A DNA stretch of 64,000 nt, taken from Acidimicrobiia bacterium (GTDB lineage: Bacteria > Actinomycetota > Acidimicrobiia > Acidimicrobiales > JBBSGY01). Positions 10,214 to 18,694 of this stretch are shown here, piece by piece. The stretch's first letter is position 1; the number at the start of each line of letters is the position of its first letter. The notes under the pieces were generated by a model. It saw only the letters and a list, made by a program, of their open reading frames with translations, was not told where the DNA came from and ran no database searches. The stretch lies in the NCBI GenBank assembly GCA_039812705.1, contig JBDIBA010000004.1, positions 269-64,268 on the forward strand. Reading direction: 5' to 3'. The position numbers and the translations under genes were made by a program.

Positions 10214-10355
10214 AGGCAACAAACATCCAATCGGTCGTCTGAGGGTTCAGCTGCCAGTCGAGGGTTTACCGAGTCGCATTCGGAAGCCGTCAACTGGGAA
10301 CTGAGTCGGAACGACCCAATAGTCGCCCCAAGCAGTGGGGCAGAAGGAGTGCCAA
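10214..10355 (+). promoter_or_regulatory. candidate structured pnp 5' leader (possible Actino-pnp-type motif)
   Basis: About 140 nt untranslated between the rpsO hairpin and the pnp RBS (GAAGGAG at 10343-10349). Stems can be drawn, for example ccagt 10254-10258 with actgg 10293-10297 enclosing ccga/tcgg, and gcccc/ggggc at 10325-10341. I could not match it to the published consensus from memory. Confidence 0.3.
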
Positions 10356-12746
10356 ATGGCCTCGTCCCTTGGAACCACATCGGTTACCGGTCCAATCTCA
10401 AAGACCGATCGCGAACTGACATTTGAAACCGGCAAGCTTGCAAAGCTGGCCGATGGTGCGGTCGTCGGTCGCATTGGAGACACGATTGTCATTGCAACCG
10501 TCGCGGCTTCTCGCTCAGTGCGTGAAGGCATTGACTTTTTCCCACTAACCGTCGATGTCGAGGAGCGCACTTACGCAGCAGGTCGCATTCCCGGCTCGTT
10601 CTTTCGGCGCGAAGGAAAGGCCTCAGACGAAGCCGTTCTCACCGCTCGTCTGATTGACCGTCCGCTTCGTCCAAGCTTCCCTGACGGTTTTCGTAACGAC
10701 GTACATGTTGTTGTCACTGTTGTTGGTGCAGACCAGCAGAACCCTCACGACGTTCTGGCAATCAATGCAGCTTCGGCCGCGTTGTCAATGTCGTCGGTTC
10801 CTTTCGAAGGCCCGATCGGCGCGGTCCGCATTGCATACAACAAGGACGGCCAGTGGATTCCGCACCCAACATTCGAAGAAGGCGACGACGCCACCTTCGA
10901 GTTGGTCGTAGCCGGTCGAGTTCTCGACAATGGCGATGTTGCAATCATGATGGTTGAAGCCGGTGGAACCGAGCGCAGCTTCACTTACTACAAAGATGGC
11001 GCTGCCAAGCTTGACGAAGACGCACTTGCAGAGGGCCTCGAAGCCGCAAAGCAGTGGATCAAAGAGTCCTGCGAACTTCAGAACCGCTTGGTTGCCGAAG
11101 TCGGCGGCAAGAAGCCAACCATGGAATACGAATTGCAGAAGGACTACAGCGACGACGTCTTCGACGCCGTTAGCGAAGTCGGCACCTCGTCGTTGACAAC
11201 GGCTTTGACCACCAAGGACAAGACAGAGCGCAACAACGCTGCTGCCCAAGCTGGCGACAAGATAAAGGCCGAGTTGGCCGACCGCTTTCCAGAGCGTGAC
11301 GGCGAAATCAAGGCTGCAATCAAGAGTCTTTCCAAGAAGATTGTGCGCAAGCGCATTGTTGATGAGGGCGCCCGCATTGACGGTCGCGGTCCAAAAGACA
11401 TTCGCCAGCTTTCCGCCGAAGTCCGCGTGCTGCCAACCGCACACGGTTCGGCCATCTTCACGCGTGGTGAAACACAGGTGCTCAACGTTTCAACGTTGGG
11501 CATGCCAAAGATGGACCAGCTGATTGACACAATCACGCCTGGAACCTCAAAGCGCTATATGCACCACTACAACTTCCCGCCGTTCTCGACGGGCGAGCCT
11601 GGTGCAATGCGTGGGCCTAAGCGACGCGAGATTGGTCACGGCTTGTTGGCCGAACGCGCGCTCTTCCCGGTCATTCCTCCACAAGAAGAGTTCCCGTACA
11701 CGTACCGGGTTGTTAGCGATGTCATGTCGTCAAACGGTTCAACCTCTATGGCGTCTGTTTGTGGTTCGACACTTTCGTTGATGGACGCTGGCGTGCCAAT
11801 CGTGGCTCCAGTTGCAGGCATTGCAATGGGTCTTGTTTACGCAGAAGGCAAGTACACAACCCTCACCGACATCTTGGGTGACGAAGACGCATTCGGCGAC
11901 ATGGACTTCAAGGTCGCCGGAACGCGCGAAGTCGTTACTGCACTTCAGCTGGACACCAAGATCGACGGCATTCCGGCCGACGTGTTGGCAGCAGCACTTC
12001 AGCAAGCAAAGGAAGCACGTCTGCAAATTCTCGACGTGATGACTGCTGCAATTGCCGCACCACGCGAAGACGTTCAGGGAACTGCTCCAAAGATTGTCAG
12101 CTTCGAAATCCCAATGGATCGCATCGGCGAGATCATTGGGCCGAAGGGCAAGGTCATCAACCAACTCACGTTGGACACGGGTGCAGACATCAGCATCGAC
12201 GACGACGGAACCAAGGGCATTGTGACCATTGGTTCATCTGTTAGCTCGCAAGTAAACGATGCGCGCACTCGCATCGAGCAGATCCTCAACCCGCCTTCGG
12301 CTGAAGTGGGCGTCACCTACCCGGGCAAGGTCGTCACAATCACCAAGTTTGGTGCATTTGTAAACATCCTTCCTGGTCGTGACGGTCTGGTTCACATTTC
12401 CAAGTTGGGTGCGGGCAAGCGCATTGAGCGCGTCGAAGACGTGCTTGAAGTCGGTCAGACCATCGATGTTCGCGTCGACGAGATTGACCCTGCCGGAAAG
12501 GTTGTTCTCACGCCGACCGGTGAAGGTTTTGCTCGTCCAGACCAGGACACCGACGCCCAACCAAGTTCGAGTGGTGCAGCCACCGCGACGGCAACTGCTG
12601 ACGACTCCAGCCAAGGCTCTGCGGTTTCCTTTGAGGACGCTTGGGACGCCGAAGCCGCTCAAGAGTTTGGTGACCTCGGTCCGGCAGGACGTCCAGAGAA
12701 CCCAAGTTCCAACCGCGGACCGCGTCGTAACTCGCGTCGCCGCTAG
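10356..12746 (+). CDS. pnp: polyribonucleotide nucleotidyltransferase (PNPase)
   Basis: Two RNase PH domains (FETGKLAKLADGAV, REIGHGLLAERAL), a KH domain and an S1 domain (GKVVTITKFGAFVNILPGRDGLVHISKL), plus a charged C-terminal tail. The ATG at 10356 lies 6 nt after GAAGGAG. The track ORF starts at 10335. Confidence 0.97.
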   Translation: MASSLGTTSVTGPISKTDRELTFETGKLAKLADGAVVGRIGDTIVIATVAASRSVREGIDFFPLTVDVEERTYAAGRIPGSFFRREGKASDEAVLTARLIDRPLRPSFPDGFRNDVHVVVTVVGADQQNPHDVLAINAASAALSMSSVPFEGPIGAVRIAYNKDGQWIPHPTFEEGDDATFELVVAGRVLDNGDVAIMMVEAGGTERSFTYYKDGAAKLDEDALAEGLEAAKQWIKESCELQNRLVAEVGGKKPTMEYELQKDYSDDVFDAVSEVGTSSLTTALTTKDKTERNNAAAQAGDKIKAELADRFPERDGEIKAAIKSLSKKIVRKRIVDEGARIDGRGPKDIRQLSAEVRVLPTAHGSAIFTRGETQVLNVSTLGMPKMDQLIDTITPGTSKRYMHHYNFPPFSTGEPGAMRGPKRREIGHGLLAERALFPVIPPQEEFPYTYRVVSDVMSSNGSTSMASVCGSTLSLMDAGVPIVAPVAGIAMGLVYAEGKYTTLTDILGDEDAFGDMDFKVAGTREVVTALQLDTKIDGIPADVLAAALQQAKEARLQILDVMTAAIAAPREDVQGTAPKIVSFEIPMDRIGEIIGPKGKVINQLTLDTGADISIDDDGTKGIVTIGSSVSSQVNDARTRIEQILNPPSAEVGVTYPGKVVTITKFGAFVNILPGRDGLVHISKLGAGKRIERVEDVLEVGQTIDVRVDEIDPAGKVVLTPTGEGFARPDQDTDAQPSSSGAATATATADDSSQGSAVSFEDAWDAEAAQEFGDLGPAGRPENPSSNRGPRRNSRRR

Positions 12747-12755
12747 GACTCCATT

Positions 12756-14015
12756 TTGATTCGGACATCAATCCTCGGTGATGGCTTGCGTGTTGTCACC
12801 GAGAAAATGCCGAATGTGGAATCTGTAGCAATTGGTTTTTGGGTTGGTACGGGCTCGCGCGACGAGACCGATGCCGATTGGGGAACGTCGCATTTCTTAG
12901 AACACTTGTTGTTCAAGGGGACAACGTCGCGTTCCGCACTCGACATTGCTCGTTCAATTGATCGCGTGGGTGGCGACATGAACGCCTTCACAACGAAGGA
13001 GCTCACTGCTTTTTACGTTCGCGTTGTGCAACAAGAAGTCGGCGTTGGCTTAGAGGTCCTCTGCGACATCATGTCGAACCCCGCGTTTGATCCCAATGAA
13101 ATTGGCGCCGAGCGCAACGTCGTTCTTGAAGAAATCCTCATGCGCGGCGACGAGCCAGGTGATCTTGTTCACGAGATCTACGACACCGCTGTTTATGAAG
13201 GTCACCCGTTGTCACGCGAGATTCTTGGTGACGAAGCAGCGATCATGGACATGACGCCAGAAGACATCCGGACGTTCTTTTCGCGTCACTACGTCGATGC
13301 CAACATGGTTGTTGCTGCGGCAGGAAATCTGGACCACGATCGATTCGTTGAGCAACTGCAAGGTTGTTTTGCATCGCGAAAAGGATCGCCGCGCGCGGAC
13401 CGTGTTGCGCCAACGCCTGCAACGGGTGTGCGCGTTGTCAATAATCGACCAACCGATCAGGCTCACTTGGTTGTCGGGTTTCCTGCGGTAGACCGCCATT
13501 CCAAGAAGCGTTATGCGTCTGCATTGCTCGACGTGATTCTCGGCGGTGGAATGTCAAGCCGCTTGTTTCAGTCCATTCGTGAACAACGCGGACTGGCCTA
13601 CACGGTCTTTTCCTCTTTTACGCCGTATGACGACACGGGCTCGATGAGCGTTTACTTGGGCTCTGCGCCTGAACGTGTTGCCGAGGCGTACGAGGTCTTG
13701 TTGGCCGAGCTGAACAAGGCTGCTGCAGGTGGCATAACCGCTCAAGAACTCGAGCTTGCAAAACGCAACCTCCATGCAAACACCGTGCTCAATCTGGAAG
13801 ACAGCGGGTCTCGAATGAGCAGAATTGGCCGTTCGCTATTGCAACACGGCAGCGTGCTTGATGTCTCTGAAGTGACGCGGCGAATTGAAGCGGTGACAGT
13901 CGATGAAGTCGAGGCAATCGCGCGAGAATGCTTCTCGGTTGAGCCCAACGTCGCAGTTGTCGGCCCGGTTGATGATCAACTACGGGCCAAGAAGAAGACC
14001 GTGGCGGTGGCATAA
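12756..14015 (+). CDS. M16 (pitrilysin) family zinc peptidase
   Basis: 419 aa with the inverted zinc motif HFLEHLLFKGT near the N-terminus. It sits in the conserved actinobacterial position after pnp. TTG start. Confidence 0.9.
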   Translation: MIRTSILGDGLRVVTEKMPNVESVAIGFWVGTGSRDETDADWGTSHFLEHLLFKGTTSRSALDIARSIDRVGGDMNAFTTKELTAFYVRVVQQEVGVGLEVLCDIMSNPAFDPNEIGAERNVVLEEILMRGDEPGDLVHEIYDTAVYEGHPLSREILGDEAAIMDMTPEDIRTFFSRHYVDANMVVAAAGNLDHDRFVEQLQGCFASRKGSPRADRVAPTPATGVRVVNNRPTDQAHLVVGFPAVDRHSKKRYASALLDVILGGGMSSRLFQSIREQRGLAYTVFSSFTPYDDTGSMSVYLGSAPERVAEAYEVLLAELNKAAAGGITAQELELAKRNLHANTVLNLEDSGSRMSRIGRSLLQHGSVLDVSEVTRRIEAVTVDEVEAIARECFSVEPNVAVVGPVDDQLRAKKKTVAVA

Positions 14016-14750
14016 GTGACAACAAGTGGAACCGTGCGAATCGGTGTCAGTGGCCACCAGGGCAAGCTAGGCACGCCGATTGTCGCCGCCGTCGAACAAT
14101 CCGAAGATCTGGAAATCGTTTGCACAAAGTCGCGAGGCCAAGCGCCAGACGTGTTGTCAGGCTGCGATGTAATTCTCGAGGTCTCCAGTGCAGACGGCGC
14201 GCGCGAAACACTGCCTTGGGCCGCTGCCAATGGCGTCAACGTCGTTTGCGGTGCGACGGGTTTGTCGGCGGCAGAGCTTGATGCGTTTGATGACTTGTTC
14301 AAGGAGTTCAACGCGCGTTGTTTCGTTGTTCCGAACTTTGCCATCGGTGCCGTTTTGTTAATGCACTTTGCCGCAGCGGCCGCAAAGTATTTCGATGGTG
14401 TTGAGATCATCGAAACTCACCACGCACAAAAGCTCGACGCCCCTTCAGGCACGGCAAAGTTGACTGCGCAGCGAATCGCGCAAGCACTTTCAACAAAGAC
14501 TGACAACGCGTCAGACGAACCACCCGCCAGAGGCGAACGAGTTGCGGGGGTCTCAACGCACTCGGTGCGTTTGCCTGGCGCGGTTGCCCACGAGGAAGTC
14601 ATCTTTGGTCGTGAAGGCCAATTGCTGACGCTCCGCCACGATTCCTTCAGCCGCACGTCTTTTGTAGATGGTGCACTGCTGGCATTGCGCAGCTTCAAGC
14701 AGTTGTCGCCCGGTGTCTCCGTTGGCCTCGACGCCGTACTCGATCTCTAG
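14016..14750 (+). CDS. dapB: 4-hydroxy-tetrahydrodipicolinate reductase
   Basis: 244 aa with an N-terminal Rossmann-fold segment (VRIGVSGHQGKLG) and the signature EIIETHHAQKLDAPSGTA. The GTG start directly follows the stop of the M16 gene. Confidence 0.93.
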   Translation: MTTSGTVRIGVSGHQGKLGTPIVAAVEQSEDLEIVCTKSRGQAPDVLSGCDVILEVSSADGARETLPWAAANGVNVVCGATGLSAAELDAFDDLFKEFNARCFVVPNFAIGAVLLMHFAAAAAKYFDGVEIIETHHAQKLDAPSGTAKLTAQRIAQALSTKTDNASDEPPARGERVAGVSTHSVRLPGAVAHEEVIFGREGQLLTLRHDSFSRTSFVDGALLALRSFKQLSPGVSVGLDAVLDL

Positions 14751-14783
14751 TCAGTAGTCGCAAGAACCGGTCGGGCAGATTGG

Positions 14784-15965
14784 CTACTTGGTCAATAGCC
14801 TTTTGGTCCAGCGCTTTCCTGGTATTTCGATGTAGCGATAGGTGGCGGTCGAAAGCAGCACGACTCCGGCCATAAACATGATGAAGAACCAGTGCGTTTG
14901 GGCAACAGTTCTGCTGGTGTGTGTCGCGTCTAATACGAGCAAGAGCAACAGCTGAAACGGGACATGAATCAGATACGACGCATAGGTGATGTTGCCGAAG
15001 AACCTTCCGAGACGGTTTGCCGACAATCCCAAGCGGTCCAGCGACGCGGCGACAATCAGCGCCGATGGGAAAAGTACCCACATGACGGTCGCAATCGAAT
15101 CTTTCAGTTCCTCGCGTTGCATGGCAATGACAACGGCAACGGCAAAGCCGATGACGCCGAGTGCAGTGCTGATGATCAATTGCCACGAACCGCGTAACGC
15201 AAAGAGCGCTTTTTGAATGAATCCGCCAACGACAAACAGCATTGAACATTGCGCGAAAAACGCCGGGAAGGTTTCGGGATCGGTCGTGCGATAGATCCAC
15301 AGCGAAACCAAGAACCAGCCGATAAAGAAGGCAGCCCTTGCTCGAAAGTGGCGAACCGCTAAAATGAAGATGGCATAGGCGGCTAGTTCAATCGACACAG
15401 ACCACGTTGGTCCGTTGTACGTCAGTCCCGCTTGACCAAAGAACCACCCTTGCAAGAACAACACGTTGAGCAAGAAGTTGAGCGGTGTGCTTTCGGAATA
15501 GATCTGCGCGTGACCAGCTATGTGAAGGTTTGCGAACTGCAGGACAACGACGGCAATCAAGGTGATGAAGTGCAACGGGTAAAGGCGTGAGAAGCGGTTA
15601 ACTGCGAACTCGCGGAAGCCAAGGTTGCGCCTGCTCGCGTAGACGTAGAAGAAGATGAAGCCCGACAGCAACCAAAAAAGCTGAACGGCCAACGCGCCGT
15701 GTTCATAGACGGCTGGCGCTAGCGATTGAAACGGAAGGCTTTCAACAAAAGTGCCGGGAGCGCCTTCGGTGTCTGAGGGCGCGCCGAAGTGTCGGTAGTG
15801 CCAGATCAGCACGGCGAGTGCGGCAAGTCCGCGCAGCAGGTCAACGTTGTTCAGCTGCTGGCGTGGTGCATCGGTTTTGCTGGGCGGCTTGTTCTCGACC
15901 TGGTCTGATGATGACGAAACAATCACCGGGTCATCTGAGGTCGGCAGGGCCCGGCTAGCGCCCAT
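14784..15965 (-). CDS. acyltransferase family 3 integral membrane protein
   Basis: The N-terminal LLRGLAALAVLIWHY motif and about 10 hydrophobic segments are typical of acyltransferase_3 (OafA/NolL-like). The ATG at 15965 gives an 11-nt overlap with the upstream gene. The track ORF extends to 16094. Confidence 0.8.
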   Translation of the reverse strand: MGASRALPTSDDPVIVSSSSDQVENKPPSKTDAPRQQLNNVDLLRGLAALAVLIWHYRHFGAPSDTEGAPGTFVESLPFQSLAPAVYEHGALAVQLFWLLSGFIFFYVYASRRNLGFREFAVNRFSRLYPLHFITLIAVVVLQFANLHIAGHAQIYSESTPLNFLLNVLFLQGWFFGQAGLTYNGPTWSVSIELAAYAIFILAVRHFRARAAFFIGWFLVSLWIYRTTDPETFPAFFAQCSMLFVVGGFIQKALFALRGSWQLIISTALGVIGFAVAVVIAMQREELKDSIATVMWVLFPSALIVAASLDRLGLSANRLGRFFGNITYASYLIHVPFQLLLLLVLDATHTSRTVAQTHWFFIMFMAGVVLLSTATYRYIEIPGKRWTKRLLTK

Positions 15966-16848
15966 CGTGTCTGTCTCGTCGCCGATGGTGTTCCTCGCGC
16001 TCGATTCCGGCCTCAACCGCCTCTTCAAGTTCATGGAACTTCTGTGCGCGCTGCCTGGAAGGCTTGATTGCTTCCTTGACGATTCCGGTGACAATCACCA
16101 ACACGATTGAAGCAATGGTCAATTGCCAGGTGTAGCGCGTGATGAAATCAATGATTGCGTCCATTTGTTCGGGAAACTGCATGGCAAGAGTGCGCACAGC
16201 AATGGCGACCGACGTTGCTCCAATGACTTCGAAGATGGCGAAGGTCGAGAACTTCATGGATGACGAACCAGCCAGCAGGCGCACAATTGGTGACGGGTAG
16301 AACATGATCAACAACGGACCGGCTGTTGGAAACCAGCGACGAAAGCGGTCAAGTGTTGCGGCTGCCGATGGTGACGAATCGGCGAGGTAATCGAGGGCCG
16401 TGTCACCAGCCCACTTGCCGATGAAGAAGTAGCACGGCGCGAAAAGCAACCGGCGAATGATCGCAATGGCGTAATAGACAATTGCCGAAATCTGGGTAGC
16501 TGCCAGCGCCAAATAGACAACCTTGTTGCTGCACATGATCAGCAGCCAAGGTGCATGAGCTGTCATCCAAGGGCGACCCACCCACATGACCGGGTTGATG
16601 ATCAGTGGAATGGCAATGATTGGACCAAGCGCCAGCCAAAGTTTTGCCTTGCTGGGCGCCCATTGCGCCCAGTGGGGCAGTAGCGGGTTGTGGTGTTCGT
16701 CGTATTCGTAGTCGTCGTTGTCGTTGTCGCGCTGGTCGTACTCGTTACGGCTGTCTTCGAAACGGTCGGGCCTTCGGACGTCGCGTTCACTGTGTTCATG
16801 GCGCCTCGGGCGAGGCGGTTCACGGCGTTCAGAATCGGCACGGCCCAT
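15955..16848 (-). CDS. integral membrane protein with an Asp/His/Arg-rich N-terminus (family unassigned, possibly VTT/DedA-like)
   Basis: 297 aa from the ATG at 16846-16848. It has a charged head (RNEYDQRDNDNDDYEYDEHH), then at least 5 hydrophobic segments, then a charged tail. The upstream part of track ORF 15955..17388 is antisense to rnj and was discarded. Confidence 0.55.
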   Translation of the reverse strand: MGRADSERREPPRPRRHEHSERDVRRPDRFEDSRNEYDQRDNDNDDYEYDEHHNPLLPHWAQWAPSKAKLWLALGPIIAIPLIINPVMWVGRPWMTAHAPWLLIMCSNKVVYLALAATQISAIVYYAIAIIRRLLFAPCYFFIGKWAGDTALDYLADSSPSAAATLDRFRRWFPTAGPLLIMFYPSPIVRLLAGSSSMKFSTFAIFEVIGATSVAIAVRTLAMQFPEQMDAIIDFITRYTWQLTIASIVLVIVTGIVKEAIKPSRQRAQKFHELEEAVEAGIEREEHHRRRDRHDGR

Positions 16849-16902
16849 GGCGCTGACCCTACAAGCCCGGCAGGTGGGTTGTGCGGGGTAGCGTGGGCGC
16901 CA

Positions 16903-18579
16903 ATGACACCTCGTGACTCCGTCGGCAATGTCCGTATCATTTTTCTCGGTGGGCTCGGCGAAATCGGGCGAAACTGTGCAGTGGTCGAGGTTGCTGACCG
17001 CCTCTTGATTATCGACGTCGGTCTGATGTTCCCCGACATCGACATGCCGGGCGTCGACCTGGTCCTTCCCGACTTCACGTTCCTTCGCGAAAATGCAGAC
17101 CGCGTCGAGGCTGCAATCATCACCCACGGCCACGAAGACCACATGGGTGCGCTCAGCTATTTGCTGCGCGACATTTCGTTTCCGATCTACAGCTCTCAGC
17201 TGACACTCAACCTGGCGCGCAACAGGATTGACGAGGCAAAGCTCACAGATCGCACAGAGTTCATTGCGGTCAAAGACGGCGAGCGTCGCAAGATTGGCCC
17301 GTTTGATGTTGAGTTCATTCCGGTTACGCACTCTGTGCCACACGCATTTGCCGTTGCTCTGCACACTCCGCAGGGAACCATTCTTCACACCGGTGACTTC
17401 AAGCTTGACCTCACGCCAATTGACGGTCGTCGCACCGAATTGAAGGCAATCGGGCGCATTGCCAGCGAGCAGGGCATTCGTCTGTTGCTTAGTGACTCCA
17501 CCAATGCCGAAGAGCCCGGGCGCACCAATTCAGAAGCAAACGTGCGTGAGGTGTTGAACGATGTCATTCGCAAACACCGCAGTCAGCGAATCATCGTCAC
17601 TTGTTTTGCCAGTCACTTGCACCGCGTTCAGCAGGTGATGGATGCAGCCATTGCCGATGGTCGCGTTATTGCAACCCTTGGGCGTTCAATGGGCAAGAAC
17701 GTTGCGTTGGCGCGCGAGATGGGCTTGTTGCATGTTCCAGAGTCGTCCTTAGTTCCGATTGAAAAGATCAAGGACTATCCAGACAACAAGGTCTGCATCA
17801 TTTCAACCGGTTCACAGGGTGAACCGATGTCGGCTCTGACACTCATGGCGTCTGGCCAGTCCAAATGGTTGGAGCTGGGTGACAACGATGTCGTAATCCT
17901 CAGTTCACACCCGATTCCGGGCAATGAGTCCAGCGTTGGCAAGGTCATTGACGGCCTTTACCGTCGCGGGGCCGAGGTCATTCACTCGGGCCTTACGCCC
18001 GTGCACGCCAGTGGTCACGCTCGCCAAGACGAACTGAAGACCATGATCAACGTTTCTTCTCCTGAGTTCTTCATTCCGGTTCACGGGGAGTTCCGTCACC
18101 TCACGCATCACAGTCGCGTGGCCATGGAGATGGGTGTTCCCGCATCCAATGTCTTGCTGTGCGAAGACGGCGACGTCGTCGAGCTAAGTGACGACGGCAT
18201 TGCCTTTGCCGGTGAGGTACCGAGCGGCTACCTGTTTGTCGATGGCTCCACGTCTGATTCCAGCACCGGCGTATTGCGCGACCGTCAGATCCTCGCTCAA
18301 GAAGGTGTTGTCATGGTTGTTGTCACGATCGACGCCAGCCACGGCGAGATTGTCAGCGGACCAGAAGTCTTCACAAGAGGTTGGGTCTACGAACCCGAAC
18401 AAGGCGACCTGGTTGAAGAGGCGCAAAAGGCAGTTGCCGAGAAACTGGCCGAATTGGACAACACGGCAATTCGCGACATCGAGGCCGTCCGCCGAACCGC
18501 TCGTAAGTCACTTGGCTCGTTCGTCGCCAAGCGGACAGCCAGGCGCCCAATGGTTGTGCCAGTCGTCATGGAAGTCTGA
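16903..18579 (+). CDS. rnj: ribonuclease J
   Basis: Metallo-beta-lactamase/beta-CASP RNase. VRIIFLGGLGEIGRNC and HGHEDHMGAL (HxHxDH) are present, and the C-terminal domain is conserved. The ATG at 16903 was chosen. The track ORF's MVFVVFVVVV N-terminus is antisense-overlap junk. Confidence 0.93.
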   Translation: MTPRDSVGNVRIIFLGGLGEIGRNCAVVEVADRLLIIDVGLMFPDIDMPGVDLVLPDFTFLRENADRVEAAIITHGHEDHMGALSYLLRDISFPIYSSQLTLNLARNRIDEAKLTDRTEFIAVKDGERRKIGPFDVEFIPVTHSVPHAFAVALHTPQGTILHTGDFKLDLTPIDGRRTELKAIGRIASEQGIRLLLSDSTNAEEPGRTNSEANVREVLNDVIRKHRSQRIIVTCFASHLHRVQQVMDAAIADGRVIATLGRSMGKNVALAREMGLLHVPESSLVPIEKIKDYPDNKVCIISTGSQGEPMSALTLMASGQSKWLELGDNDVVILSSHPIPGNESSVGKVIDGLYRRGAEVIHSGLTPVHASGHARQDELKTMINVSSPEFFIPVHGEFRHLTHHSRVAMEMGVPASNVLLCEDGDVVELSDDGIAFAGEVPSGYLFVDGSTSDSSTGVLRDRQILAQEGVVMVVVTIDASHGEIVSGPEVFTRGWVYEPEQGDLVEEAQKAVAEKLAELDNTAIRDIEAVRRTARKSLGSFVAKRTARRPMVVPVVMEV

Positions 18580-18694
18580 TTTCCCTTAACTCGGCTGACC
18601 AGCCAACCCGCTCGACAACGAACCCGCAAAGCTGACTTTTTGGTCGCCAGGAGACAGCACGCTGTCACTGCGCGCCACTACTGTCGTACGGATC

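Noticed and set aside
16849-17388. The upstream 180 codons of the minus-strand ORF 15955..17388.
   Set aside because: This part is antisense to the N-terminal catalytic region of RNase J and has junk-like composition. An internal ATG at 16848 gives a coherent membrane protein that does not overlap rnj.
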